DNA from: Lama guanicoe
Lineage: Eukaryota
Assembly (NCBI GenBank): GCA_013239625.1
Contig: MU054307.1
Location: 62,001 to 111,806, forward strand
Direction: 5' to 3'
DNA: 49,806 nt
Shown in pieces: positions 1-12,225 of the stretch. Within the stretch, counting starts at the first letter, position 1. Every line of letters begins with the position of its first letter. The notes below the pieces were generated by a model. It had not been told where the DNA came from. It made no database searches and saw nothing but the letters and a program-made list of their open reading frames with translations. A program made the translations under genes and the position numbers.

Positions 1-398
1 CCAATCTAAACATAATTAACCCACTTAAGAGTTAGAGAGATGGGGAGGTTTAGTTTCCTGAGTCCTATGTAATGTAAGCAATATGTCTTTAGAGAAATCT
101 GTCCTGTTGGGATAAAGGGAACTCTAGTAATATCTTGAATGTACCCAAGGGTGGATCTATTCTTATGCAAATGCAATTACCATGGTTCTATATAGGAAGC
201 TCCCTTCTATGCATGATGCTGCTCCTGTGCCAAGCTACTGAGGGAGAGAAAAATGACTGCACTGTATGTCAAATTGATTGTGCCTCTCTCATGGAGCGTG
301 TCAAATACATTGCATTTTTCCTGAGCCCATTTAGATGGAGTATCATCCTGCTGTGTTCCTTTGGATCCTGTACAGACTTCTGATTGCTGAATTGTAAC
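1..398. mobile_element. Possible ancient LTR fragment, truncated by the window edge
   Basis: Non-coding sequence ending in TGTAACA at 392-398, an LTR-like terminus. It loosely resembles old mammalian LTRs from memory; the family is not determined. Confidence 0.3.
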
Positions 399-1978
399 AC
401 TAATCATAATAATTATCTATGTAACAAGTTCGCAATATGAAATGCTACAGATGGCCACATTTTCTTCACAGAGCAATCAAGCTTATTTGTACAATCTACT
501 TGCTCCCAGATAAAACAAAAGGCAACATGTACGTCTTTGTATGTTCATCACATACTATAAGTGGCAATTTAGGCCTAGTACATCAGAGGAAATGAGAGAT
601 GGTAAGAGAGAGTGCTAAAGAACTTTTCAATGAAGCATATTTGGGTTTTGCTATTAGCTTTACAGATATTATCATTATATATCCAATTAAATACTAAAGA
701 TTTGGTTTTTTTCAGAGCAAGCAATTTTGTTTTTCCTATCTAGAATCTGATATTCATTTTGACAAAAGAGGACATGCAAATGAATTCTAATTCAAATATA
801 ATACTGTAAGTATAAGTTATTGAAATAGAATGTAGAGCAAATTTATGACCTTCAAAATATGGTCTTCTAGGATTGACTGCAGTTGGAAACAGTTTACTCT
901 CCCTGTCACTTCAACAATTGCCATGTGGGCCTTTAGTTCCAATCTGGTCACCACTTACAGGCGGCGGCAGGACTGGAGAGAGATTTTGCTGATATTGGCA
1001 CTGACGCTCTGCTGAAGAGATATATTACTTTTGTCTTGTTACTGATTCTGAAACATGGCCCATTTTGCTGACCAATGTTTTCTACAATTTGTATGCCAAC
1101 AAATTCACTACAGCAAAGGGGAAATTCCTTCTCCTCTGACTTTTATTTAATATTTTATCAAAATCAAAGGAGCCTCTGGCATTATGAGGGTAAATGCACA
1201 GAACATATTTGAAAAGACTAGGAACCTTAGTTGAGTGTGTTATGGTGCCTAACTTGTATCTACTCATGATCAAATAGGAGCAAATACTCAATATACATCT
1301 ATAAAGGTGATCATGTCCCATTTCTCTGCTCTGAGTTCATTTTTGGTTTTACTAGTGGTTTAATTTTTAACCACTAGGATTTTATACTGGTCTATCCTGA
1401 AATAAGAACCAGATGTGATTTTTGCATAGTAACTTTATATCCTAGTCACTGGTCTATACTGTGCTTTCTGCAGTGTGTCCTCAGTATTGAAGTAGCTGTT
1501 GAAGTATCAGGAGTGAAATTATGTAACAGCTTTTTAATTAATCATGTGACTTATAAATTTTAAACTGAACATCATAAATCCATTTGAATAGACACACGAC
1601 AGTTGTAATGCCTGAGAAGTGAAGGGTTCAGATATTCTTTAGAAAATAAAAACATATAGAGTGAATTTTTCTTGAGGCCCACCTAATAGTTTATCCTCTT
1701 CACTTTAAAATATACATGATAAAGTGAATGCTATCTTTTAACTCCTTTTTCCACTACAACTGCCATTTTGATTTCCTGAAAACTTGATTCCTCTTTATTG
1801 TAAAGAATAAAATTTAAACTTCCCATCTTTCTAATTTGAAAAACCAAGGAATGAAAACTCTGTTCTGGGACAGCTAGAAGATGTCAATCAATTCATTTAA
1901 ACTCCAACAGAAAATAACAGAGTAACGACATCATGTTCCTTTGGATGGATGGCAGATAATTAACCAAATGATTTCAAA

Positions 1979-2084
1979 TTGGGGGGTGAGGGTGTAGCTC
2001 AGTTGGTAGAGCGCATGCTGAGCATGCATGAGGCACTTGGTTCAATTCACAATACCTCCATTTGAAAAAGAAAAAAAATAGAGA
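1979..2084 (+). mobile_element. tRNA-Ala-derived SINE (Vic-1-like, camelid type)
   Basis: GGTGTAGCTCAGTTGGTAGAGCGCATGCTGAGCATGCATGAGG...GGTTCAATTC contains A and B boxes and is followed by an A-rich tail. Perfect 17-bp TSD AACCAAATGATTTCAAA at 1962-1978 and 2085-2101. Confidence 0.9.
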
Positions 2085-3076
2085 AACCAAATGATTTCAA
2101 AATGTTCAAGTATAAATAAATAATTCACAGTCAATTTTATTTTTACTAGATATTAAAGGATGCATGATGCAATACAAGCCATATTAATATGCCACAGAGA
2201 TTTCCATAACTATGCTCTTTCTCTCTGACTCCCAAGGATGTGCCTTCTTATAAGAACATAATGTTATATAAATGATTTTTAAGCTAATATATATATTTCT
2301 TTTGATATTTTTCAAGAGTGAAAGTTACAATAGCTAACATTTATTTTTATAAGATAAGAAAGACATCTTTCTCACTGCACAGTCACAAAATACTTTTCAA
2401 GAATGGTATTTAGGGGTATAGAGGGTATAGACGTTAAAAACTCATCCATAAATAAATTTTATTACAAAATATTACTTCCAGTTTCTAGATATCAAATCAT
2501 AATTTTCTCAAATTAAAATATTTGCTACATCAAATATCAAGTGTATTTTCAAAGATTTATTAGCTCAGTAATGATTGATATAGTTAAAGGGCAAAGCTGT
2601 TTCAAAGAGCATTTTGAGGAACCAGGCAAGCATAGGAATTCAAAAGATTAAAGCTGGTGAATGGTCAACAGAGGGGTAAAAAGCAAACACTGGAGGTTCT
2701 CTCCTCTAACGGACATCTTTACCAGACAGTAACAAGTGAGTGCATAGTTTCCAGAGTCTGAAGACAAACAAAAGTACATTCCCCTGGATGATGAAATAAT
2801 ACTTGAGTGAACTTGATAAATTATGTTCCTAGACTCTCTTGGCCTTATTAGTATAAGTTTTCCACAATTTTTCTTTATGCAATTATCAACTCTAATTCCT
2901 GACACCTTACTTGTAGTTCTGATTTCATTCCCACTCTGAAGCTCTGTTATCCCTCAGTCTTTCTGTTTAAGCCCTCCTCTTTCCCTCCCTGATATTCTGT
3001 GATTTGCCTGTAAAGTATGAGTTGGTGTTTTCTTTACCATCCTTCTTAAGCCCTTTTAATCTGATGTTTCTTTTGT

Positions 3077-3103
3077 AAAAAAACAAAAACAAAAACAAAA
3101 AAC
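3077..3103 (+). repeat. (AAAAAC)n microsatellite
   Basis: aaaaaaacaaaaacaaaaacaaaaaac. Confidence 0.8.
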
Positions 3104-4160
3104 TGTGAGATTGATACCTGCTTTTTACCTCAAATCATTATTACTTTTCATCTTTATTTCTTCTGTTTTTGAAATAAATCAATCTTATTTTCCAGATATC
3201 AGCACTTTTTCTTCCAGCATGCCTATCTCTAGTTTATCTTTTAGTCCTTTGTTTCTTTGTTATTTCTTTCTTCAAGAAATTTTCTTGATCTGATCTTCTA
3301 GCTAATATATTCTCATCTGTATCCATATGGTCCTAAATTCTATCTATATTTACTTTAATATGATATATATTTTTCTGTTTATGTTGTATACTTTGTTATT
3401 CCTGTTTCATCTTAATAATATCTTCCCTTTTGTCTTTTAGATTATCATGTCACTAATTTTAAATTGTGATACGTATGTTCTAATACTTCTCTTTCTAACA
3501 GAGTTAGTAGTTGTGTTTCTCAAGTGTCTTGTTGTTTGTACCTGTGAGTACATTTCCCATTAGGAATAGAAGCTACTCTGTCAGTGCTTTTGGAGGAAAG
3601 TCAGACTTTTAAGTGTCAACTCCAATGTGCTTAAGGGATTTGGGGCAAGGGGAATACATGAGTACCAGAGTGGAAAATCCCAGGGTCAAGCAAACCATTT
3701 CTAATGACCAACCCCATTAAAAAAAGCCTTGGCTAAATGGCTTCACCTTTTACCTTCCAAGGGGAACCAGCTTTAGGACAGACAATCCCTACAACAGAGT
3801 GTCTCCAACACCCAAGGGTTTCCTTAAGGTATATTAATTCTCCATATTGCCAGGTGTGTGTGTGCACAAGAATGATGAAGCAAAGTCTTCTGTCTCAAGC
3901 AGCAAGTGTCATGAAGGAAAGTAAGAGAGACACTTGAAAAGAATGTACGGGGTGGGGGGGGATTGGTAGGATCAAGCTGTTGTCAGGATATAATTGTTAA
4001 CAGCTGGTTGCCGTATTGATGTCCAGATAAAAAGAGAGGACAAAAAGATATCAGACAGCATGCAGAAATTGTTCAACACACTCAATATTTGCTAATTAAA
4101 AATGAAATTCTTTGTAGACTTTCCAGCTCAAACAGATAAGCTTACATCAGCCCACTACAA

Positions 4161-5095
4161 ATGGAGAATCTCAGCAATGTTTTCTGACTGAAATGACTGA
4201 ATCCATTCTTTTGGGCATTACAAAGAATCTAGAGCTAAGAAAATACTCCCTGCTGTGCTTCTAATCATGTACGCTTCCACCATTTTGGGAAACCCCTCAA
4301 TGTGGTAACCATCCTCACAAGTCAGAGTCTGAGATCACCTGCGTATTTTTACCTTATCTCCTTGTCCCTCATGGATACCACCTACCTTCCTCTCAGTGCC
4401 CCCAGGATGATTGTGGACTCCCTCTCTGAGAGCACGACCACCTTTCTGGATGGCTGTATGGTCCAGCTCTTTGTTGACCACTTCTTTGGTGGAGTGGGGA
4501 TTATTCTTCTCACTGTGGTGGCCTGTGACCCCTATGTGGCCATCTCTAAGTCCCTGCACTGCGTGACCAACGTAAAGCCTTGGGTGTGCTTCCTTTTGCT
4601 GGGAGGGGCCATGAGAGGGATTCACTCACACAGTTATGCAGCTTCTCTTCCTGTATCAAACACCCTTCTCTGGTCCCCATATCATAGATCACTTTATGTG
4701 TGATTTGTTCCCATTGTTGAAACTGGCCTGAATGGACACCGACATCCTGAGCTTCTTGGTCAGCCTCAACAGGGGGATGATGCATGTGGCCATTCTTATC
4801 TTCTTCACGTTCTATGTGATCATCCTCTGCTCCCTGAAGTTCTGCAGTTCTGAAGGGCGGCGTAGAGCTCTCTCCACCTGTGGCTCCCACCTCGTGGTGG
4901 TCATCTTGTTCTCTGTGCTGTGCGTTTTCTTGTACGTGAGACCTGTCGTCACTTCCTCCGTAGACAAGGCAATGGCTGTGACCTTTACCATTGTTGCGCC
5001 CATGTTAAATCCCTTGGTCTACACCTTAAGGAACACGGAGATGAAAAAATCCATTAGAAAACTGGATGAAGCAAGGGACCTTGTGCAGTTACTAA
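4161..5095 (+). pseudogene. Olfactory receptor OR4C6-like pseudogene
   Basis: Reads MENLSNV..., [43 protein letters not shown] and [12 protein letters not shown], matching OR4C6-type sequence. Lesions: a TGACTGAA duplication giving a stop at codon 9, several frameshifts, TGA at 4729-4731 in place of the LKLAC Cys, and DRY changed to DPY. Confidence 0.92.
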
Positions 5096-5134
5096 CTTAT
5101 AAGAATTCTTTTCTATAAAAACAATGCATTCTTA

Positions 5135-5700
5135 CCCTCCCCATTCATTCCAGTCCTTTGAGGACTCAGCAGCCAATGGCATTTTTTAATCATGTGAGTC
5201 AGGTTAAGATCATGTTACTGCCTACATCTCCAGGACATCTTGTGCCCCATTCCTTTCCTTACAAGGTTCTGGCCGCTCTCTCGGTCGTTCTCCCTCTCCT
5301 TTTTCTCTTGTCTTTTAAATAATTCAAGCATTTCTTAACTCAGGGTTTTGTTTTTCTTACTCAGCTTGCTGCTGGAATGCTCATTTAAGGGTTTTCACTT
5401 GCGTGTCTAAATCTCATTTTTTCCACTTTCAATTGAACTCCCACCTTTTTAGACAAGTCTTTCCTGATGACTTTCTCTAGTCTTTCCCCTCAGTTATTCT
5501 CTTAACTCTTCATCTGGTTATATCTTGAATATCAACAATCACAAACTAGAATTAAAAGTTATTTATTGACTTTTATTTTCTCTGTTTTCCCCACAAGGTT
5601 GTAATTCCTGTAAGGTCAGGAATTATGTTTATTTGTTCATGCTTGAGTAGAATATTGCCAGTCACCTAGAAGGTGCTTAATAAATATTATTGAATAAATA
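5135..5700 (+). mobile_element. L2 LINE 3' fragment (mirrored at about 10150-10715)
   Basis: Pyrimidine-rich body ending in the L2-type tail GGTGCTTAATAAATATTATTGAATAAATA. Confidence 0.7.
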
Positions 5701-6057
5701 TAAATTTAAAAGTAGCTTAGCTTTTTTTTTGATATTTGCAAATTCAAAATTTGGGGGGGTAAAAAGTAGGAGAGAACAAATAATACAAACAATATAAGGA
5801 GCTAGAATTATCTAGTTTGCATGCTTCTGAATGTCCTTTTTGGAAACTTTTGAAAGCAAGTACAATCTCAGATTAGTAATTTACTATTTAATATGGAAGA
5901 CAATTCTACCAAATATCTCCTCTACCATTTTTCTTCCTTTAGAGAAGCAGAATAAGAATCACTCATGCTGGAGTCAATATACTTCAAAATCTTCTGTCTG
6001 TATGTATATTCTTTATGAGAAAAAAAGTAATTCTATAGCCTTGATTTTTTTAAACTA

Positions 6058-6650
6058 TGATAAGTAAATATAAGCAGAGAAACAGGGGCAAGGGCCAAAT
6101 GGCAGGAAATTATACATCTTGTAAATAATGGGATGCTTCACCAGACAAAGAAAAGTGGGAACCAATGGGCTAATAAGAAATCAAACATTTTGGGGTGGTA
6201 AGTGTCTTGGAGGTAGAAAAAGAAAGGTGCGAAAAGGTGAGGGTCTCTGGCATCTGAATGGCATTTTGCACATTAAGTCCTCATTACAATAAAATGAGCC
6301 TTGCAGATAAGTACCCATTAGGTGCCGATGCCATGACACTTCCAATTAAGGCTAAATAAGGACAAAACCCCCTCCTCTCCTCAGGAAGGTGGACCTGGGA
6401 AGAAAACTAGTGAATAACACCCCAAATTCCTCTCTCCCCAGTGAGTATTCCACCCATTTATTTTACACCCCGTATAACCATCTTGCCAAAGAGACTCAGC
6501 CCAGCTACTTACATGAGTCTGCCCACTGTCCCCTTGAGAGCTTACTACTGCTTAATAAATCTTCACTTTTCTTTCTTGACCTTTGCATCTTGTCTTAATT
6601 CTTTCTTCTATGAGACAAGAACCTACTCTCTGGTAACACTTGCTGTTACA
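6058..6650 (+). mobile_element. ERV1-class solo LTR
   Basis: TG...CA termini (TGATAAG... and ...GTTACA), AATAAA near 6554, and an ERV1-like U5 AATTCTTTCTTCTATGAGACAAGAACC. Flanks ACTA/ACTT form an imperfect TSD. Confidence 0.75.
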
Positions 6651-6979
6651 ACTTAGAGTTGGATCTCTAAATACAAAGGATGTTTACTTTCTCTCAGATC
6701 TTGCTTTGCCTGTCACTGAAAGACACTGATGCTTTTTTAAACTGCCTCCCTTAACTAGGCATATGGGAAGTCTAATGTCTTAGCATCAATTAGCATTCTG
6801 TTATAGTTTTCTTATTTTAAACCATCTATCACATATGATGACAGTAATGGCAACATCAGTTACAGTATTTCATACAAGCACAACATTTAAACCAATATTT
6901 TTAGTTTTAAACACTAAATATGTATTGCAATAGGAATTTCATGTTAATTATCACCAGCTATTTTTGAGAACTATGAGGT

Positions 6980-7430
6980 TCATTTACTTACTGAAGAGTA
7001 TTTGCTGAGTTAGTATGAAGTGTCAGATCCTCTTCTAGGGTCGGAATACACAGGGATCAATAAGACAGTGTTCCCCCTTTAACTTGGGGCTTACATTCTA
7101 GAGCAGGAGACCACATACAGAAATGAAAATAAAGTCAGAGAGAGACAAATGGTCTCCAGAAAGCTGTAATGGAGTGGTGCAGGGGAACTGGGTAGCTCTA
7201 GTTGGGGGGACAGGAGGCTTTTCTGAGACGTTATTCCTAAACTAGGTCCTGGAAGATGAGATAGGACCATCCTTAAGCAGTCAGTGGGAAGAGTGCTCCA
7301 GGCATAGAGAAAAGCTTGTGCAGAGACCGCAAGGTAGGAACCAACCGGAAGTGCAGAAGGTGAAGGAGATCAGTGCACAGTGGACAAGACGGAATGTGGC
7401 AAGTGTGAGATGTGAAAGGTGCACAAGGAA
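6980..7430 (-). mobile_element. L2 LINE 3' fragment
   Basis: CATTTACTTACTGAAGAGTATTTGCTGAG... and GGGGCTTACATTCTAG are typical of antisense L2. Confidence 0.7.
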
Positions 7431-8199
7431 TCAATTGTTTTTAACCCTCAGGTTCAGAAAGTATCTGAGCATCAGAGCAACTCTGATTAGAGTAATAATT
7501 AAACATCAAATCCTTTATGAGCTCAAAGATGACTCAGCAGTTTGGCATCGAGCATCTTCTCAGAGCTTCCATTTAACTCTTGGCATGTCAATGACAGATC
7601 ATAATGTTTACTGCCTGCTTACAGCATCTTAAAATTAAATTCCCCCATTCACTTTGTAGTTCTTCACCCTGCTTCATGTCAGAGAAGAAGATAAAGCCCC
7701 TGACAGTGTGAAAACTTTGATCTTTAATTAAAGAATTAAAGAACTGGAAGGGTCATAATGAGATCCCTAACATTAAATAATTGTAACCTTTTTGGTAATT
7801 CTCCAGCATCACAAGTATGTGCAGAATTTACATTTTCCATTACATAGTTGAGCCATTCTGACTGTTCATGCTGAAATTATTATCTGTTTGTCTGCCTAAT
7901 TTCTTCACATGAAGTAGCTTTACTCAATAAACATATTAGCAGCCAATGACTGTATTTTGTTTGTTTCTTTAACACTTAGGTTTTGAAATAAATACTGGTC
8001 TTACTGCTTTTTTAGGGGAACTTGCTGTGGCTAATATTAGACGGTAATTCATATAGTCTCTGTATCAGAATTGAACAATTCAATAGTATTTGTAATAAAA
8101 AGACATTGCAAATAGGAATAATGTTTGCACTTTAATTTGAAGGAGTGTATTGGCCTAAAAAATAACCAAGGCATACAACTTATTAGGTGATATTAAATA

Positions 8200-9540
8200 A
8201 ACTGACCTACTATTTCACTCAGAAAAATTTAAGCCATCAAAGAGAACTTCCTCAGACTCTTCCAGTTATATCTTCCAGTTTTCCAGCACCCATTAAATTA
8301 TACGCTACCTTCCTACCTACTCTTAAAAATGCATTCATCATATGTGCTCCTATCCAAAGGCAACCAACATCTTTATTATACACTGGACCTCATTTCCTTC
8401 TGGTTACATGAAGACATTAGTCTCAAAATAGCTTCTATATCTCTTGTTTTATCTACATTTCTCTTTTTACTGGGTCATTTTACATCATCAAGGAAGCAAT
8501 CTGTTATTCTGTTCATCTTTAACATTAAATCTTTCATTGATTCCTTTTCATTTATCAGCTACTACTTCATGTCATTCTCTCCTCTTTGTAGCAAGAGATT
8601 CTATAACACCTGTCTCCAATTTCTGTCCTTCCATTCTCTTTAAACACTTTCAGTCACACTTCAATTATCAACACTTAAAAAAAGCTCTTCTCAGTGTCAG
8701 CAAGGCCCTCTGTGTCACAAAATGTAATTGTCATTGCTCACTTATCTTACAGACTCTGTCAGCATCACTTCCCCCAGCCTTCCTTGGCACATTGTCTTTA
8801 CATGACCATGATTCCCAGATTGTTACCTCCAGCTGAGACTTCTTTCCTGAGGTTGAGGAAGTCCATGCTGTTTCTTCCTCCATGGTATTTCCTCCTGAAT
8901 AGTCATAATAGATTTCTTAGCTGAATACATCAAATCTGTGCCCCGAGTCTTCTCTCATCTCCAAACCTACTCCACTCACAAATTCTCTGTCTTAGTTGAT
9001 GGCACATTTGTCTCTTTTTCAAGCCCACATTCAGTCTGTCAGGAAATCCTGTTGGCTTAATCTTCAATATACACTCCATTTTAACTCACTTCTAATCACT
9101 TTTATGTCTATTACTTTGTTACAAGCCACTATTGTGTTTCACCAGAATTATTGCAATTCTCTCACATCTATTCTCCCTTTTATTTTGGCATTCTTGTTGT
9201 AATACTCTATCCTCAACACAGCCTCAGAATTATCCTTCAGAAACATAAGTCAGATCCTATCACACTTCTATGCAGTATTCTGAAAACACTTTCCATGTCA
9301 TTCAGGGTAAATCTAAATTCCTTACAATTACTAAAAATCAGACATATCTGGCTGCCCTTTTATCTCTCTACACTCCTCCCTTATGGCCAGTCCCTCACTG
9401 ACTCCTCTGATTAGCCTGGCACCATTCTGTTCTTCTTACTGGCCAGCTACCTTCTTGCTGTAGGACCTTTATACAGACTGTCTACCATCATGGTACACTT
9501 TCTCCCAGTCATCCTCATGGCTAATTCTCTTTATATTTGT
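8200..9540 (+). mobile_element. L2 LINE fragment
   Basis: L2-like motifs TTCACTCAGAAAAATTTAAGCCATCAAAGAGAACTTCC and AAACATAAGTCAGATCCTATCAC. This explains the low-complexity ORFs at 8187-9414. Confidence 0.75.
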
Positions 9541-9628
9541 AACTGTGAAGAACCAATATTTCAGACAGTACCACCCTTGGACCAGGAAAAGCACGGATAC
9601 TGTTATTAACTCTACATCTGGAATTAAA

Positions 9629-12035
9629 TTTTTCTACCTCCAAGACACTTACCACCCCAAAATGTTTGATTTCTTATTAGCCCATTGGTTCCCACTTTTC
9701 TTTGTCTGGTGAAGCATCCCATTATTTACAAGATGTATAATTTCCTGCCATTTGGCCCTTGCCCCTGTTTCTCTGCTTATATTTACTTATCATAGTTTAA
9801 AAAAATCAAGGCTATAGAATTACTTTTTTTCTCATAAAGAATATACATACAGACAGAAGATTTTGAAGTATATTGACTCCAGCATGAGTGATTCTTATTC
9901 TGCTTCTCTAAAGGAAGAAAAATGGTAGAGGAGATATTTGGTAGAATTGTCTTCCATATTAAATAGTAAATTACTAATCTGAGATTGTACTTGCTTTCAA
10001 AAGTTTCCAAAAAGGACATTCAGAAGCATGCAAACTAGATAATTCTAGCTCCTTATATTGTTTGTATTATTTGTTCTCTCCTACTTTTTACCCCCCCAAA
10101 TTTTGAATTTGCAAATATCAAAAAAAAAGCTAAGCTACTTTTAAATTTATATTTATTCAATAATATTTATTAAGCACCTTCTAGGTGACTGGCAATATTC
10201 TACTCAAGCATGAACAAATAAACATAATTCCTGACCTTACAGGAATTACAACCTTGTGGGGAAAACAGAGAAAATAAAAGTCAATAAATAACTTTTAATT
10301 CTAGTTTGTGATTGTTGATATTCAAGATATAACCAGATGAAGAGTTAAGAGAATAACTGAGGGGAAAGACTAGAGAAAGTCATCAGGAAAGACTTGTCTA
10401 AAAAGGTGGGAGTTCAATTGAAAGTGGAAAAAATGAGATTTAGACACGCAAGTGAAAACCCTTAAATGAGCATTCCAGCAGCAAGCTGAGTAAGAAAAAC
10501 AAAACCCTGAGTTAAGAAATGCTTGAATTATTTAAAAGACAAGAGAAAAAGGAGAGGGAGAACGACCGAGAGAGCGGCCAGAACCTTGTAAGGAAAGGAA
10601 TGGGGCACAAGATGTCCTGGAGATGTAGGCAGTAACATGATCTTAACCTGACTCACATGATTAAAAAATGCCATTGGCTGCTGAGTCCTCAAAGGACTGG
10701 AATGAATGGGGAGGGTAAGAATGCATTGTTTTTATAGAAAAGAATTCTTATAAGTTAGTAACTGCACAAGGTCCCTTGCTTCATCCAGTTTTCTAATGGA
10801 TTTTTTCATCTCCGTGTTCCTTAAGGTGTAGACCAAGGGATTTAACATGGGCGCAACAATGGTAAAGGTCACAGCCATTGCCTTGTCTACGGAGGAAGTG
10901 ACGACAGGTCTCACGTACAAGAAAACGCACAGCACAGAGAACAAGATGACCACCACGAGGTGGGAGCCACAGGTGGAGAGAGCTCTACGCCGCCCTTCAG
11001 AACTGCAGAACTTCAGGGAGCAGAGGATGATCACATAGAACGTGAAGAAGATAAGAATGGCCACATGCATCATCCCCCTGTTGAGGCTGACCAAGAAGCT
11101 CAGGATGTCGGTGTCCATTCAGGCCAGTTTCAACAATGGGAACAAATCACACATAAAGTGATCTATGATATGGGGACCAGAGAAGGGTGTTTGATACAGG
11201 AAGAGAAGCTGCATAACTGTGTGAGTGAATCCCTCTCATGGCCCCTCCCAGCAAAAGGAAGCACACCCAAGGCTTTACGTTGGTCACGCAGTGCAGGGAC
11301 TTAGAGATGGCCACATAGGGGTCACAGGCCACCACAGTGAGAAGAATAATCCCCACTCCACCAAAGAAGTGGTCAACAAAGAGCTGGACCATACAGCCAT
11401 CCAGAAAGGTGGTCGTGCTCTCAGAGAGGGAGTCCACAATCATCCTGGGGGCACTGAGAGGAAGGTAGGTGGTATCCATGAGGGACAAGGAGATAAGGTA
11501 AAAATACGCAGGTGATCTCAGACTCTGACTTGTGAGGATGGTTACCACATTGAGGGGTTTCCCAAAATGGTGGAAGCGTACATGATTAGAAGCACAGCAG
11601 GGAGTATTTTCTTAGCTCTAGATTCTTTGTAATGCCCAAAAGAATGGATTCAGTCATTTCAGTCAGAAAACATTGCTGAGATTCTCCATTTGTAGTGGGC
11701 TGATGTAAGCTTATCTGTTTGAGCTGGAAAGTCTACAAAGAATTTCATTTTTAATTAGCAAATATTGAGTGTGTTGAACAATTTCTGCATGCTGTCTGAT
11801 ATCTTTTTGTCCTCTCTTTTTATCTGGACATCAATACGGCAACCAGCTGTTAACAATTATATCCTGACAACAGCTTGATCCTACCAATCCCCCCCCACCC
11901 CGCACATTCTTTTCAAGTGTCTCTCTTACTTTCCTTCATGACACTTGCTGCTTGAGACAGAAGACTTTGCTTCATCATTCTTGTGCACACACACACCTGG
12001 CAATATGGAGAATTAATATATCTTAAGGAAACCCT
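9629..12035 (-). repeat. Right arm of the 2,407-bp inverted duplication
   Basis: Reverse complement of 3815-6221. It carries only the first ~164 bp of the LTR that is complete next to the left arm. Confidence 0.97.
10755..11689 (-). pseudogene. Second, inverted copy of the OR4C6-like pseudogene
   Basis: Translations are identical to 4161-5095 and show the same lesions. Confidence 0.92.
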
Positions 12036-12225
12036 AGATCATTAGTAGATAGAAGCCAGTGGATAAATGGTAACCAACTTAACACAATCTTAGATTCACT
12101 CTCCTTCCTTCCTGGCTTCACTGTTCCCCCTTCACTGCTTTCATTCAGTTTTCCAGAATGAATCACGTACACACAAGCCCTTCTCCCAGCCACTGCCTTT
12201 TAGGAACCCCTAAGCTAGGAAGCTG
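12036..12225 (+). mobile_element. ERVL LTR16-like 3' part
   Basis: AGAAGCCAGTGGATAAAT ... CACACAAGCCCTTCTCCCAGCCACTGCCTTTTAGGAACCCCTAAGCTAGGA resembles LTR16-family ends. Confidence 0.55.

Larger units (their letters stand above)
3815..6221 (+). repeat. Left arm of a 2,407-bp inverted duplication
   Basis: Position x pairs with 15850-x at both ends. ORFs are identical mirror images (4302..4703 and 11147..11548; 5831..6067 and 9783..10019). Mismatches seen at 3829/12021 and 3947/11903. Confidence 0.97.

Noticed and set aside
1352..1377. 9-bp hairpin CTAGTGGTT/AACCACTAG
   Set aside because: Short enough to occur by chance in 50 kb, with no supporting context.
1985..2060. Functional tRNA-Ala gene (also at 24056-24140 and 48881-49002)
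   Set aside because: Degenerate stems, A-rich tails and TSDs show these are SINE insertions.
4335..5003. ORFs antisense to the OR pseudogenes (also 10847-11515 and 21819-22744)
   Set aside because: These are shadow frames of OR coding sequence.
8187..9414. Cluster of overlapping Leu/Ser/Phe-rich ORFs
   Set aside because: They lie in pyrimidine-rich decayed L2 sequence.
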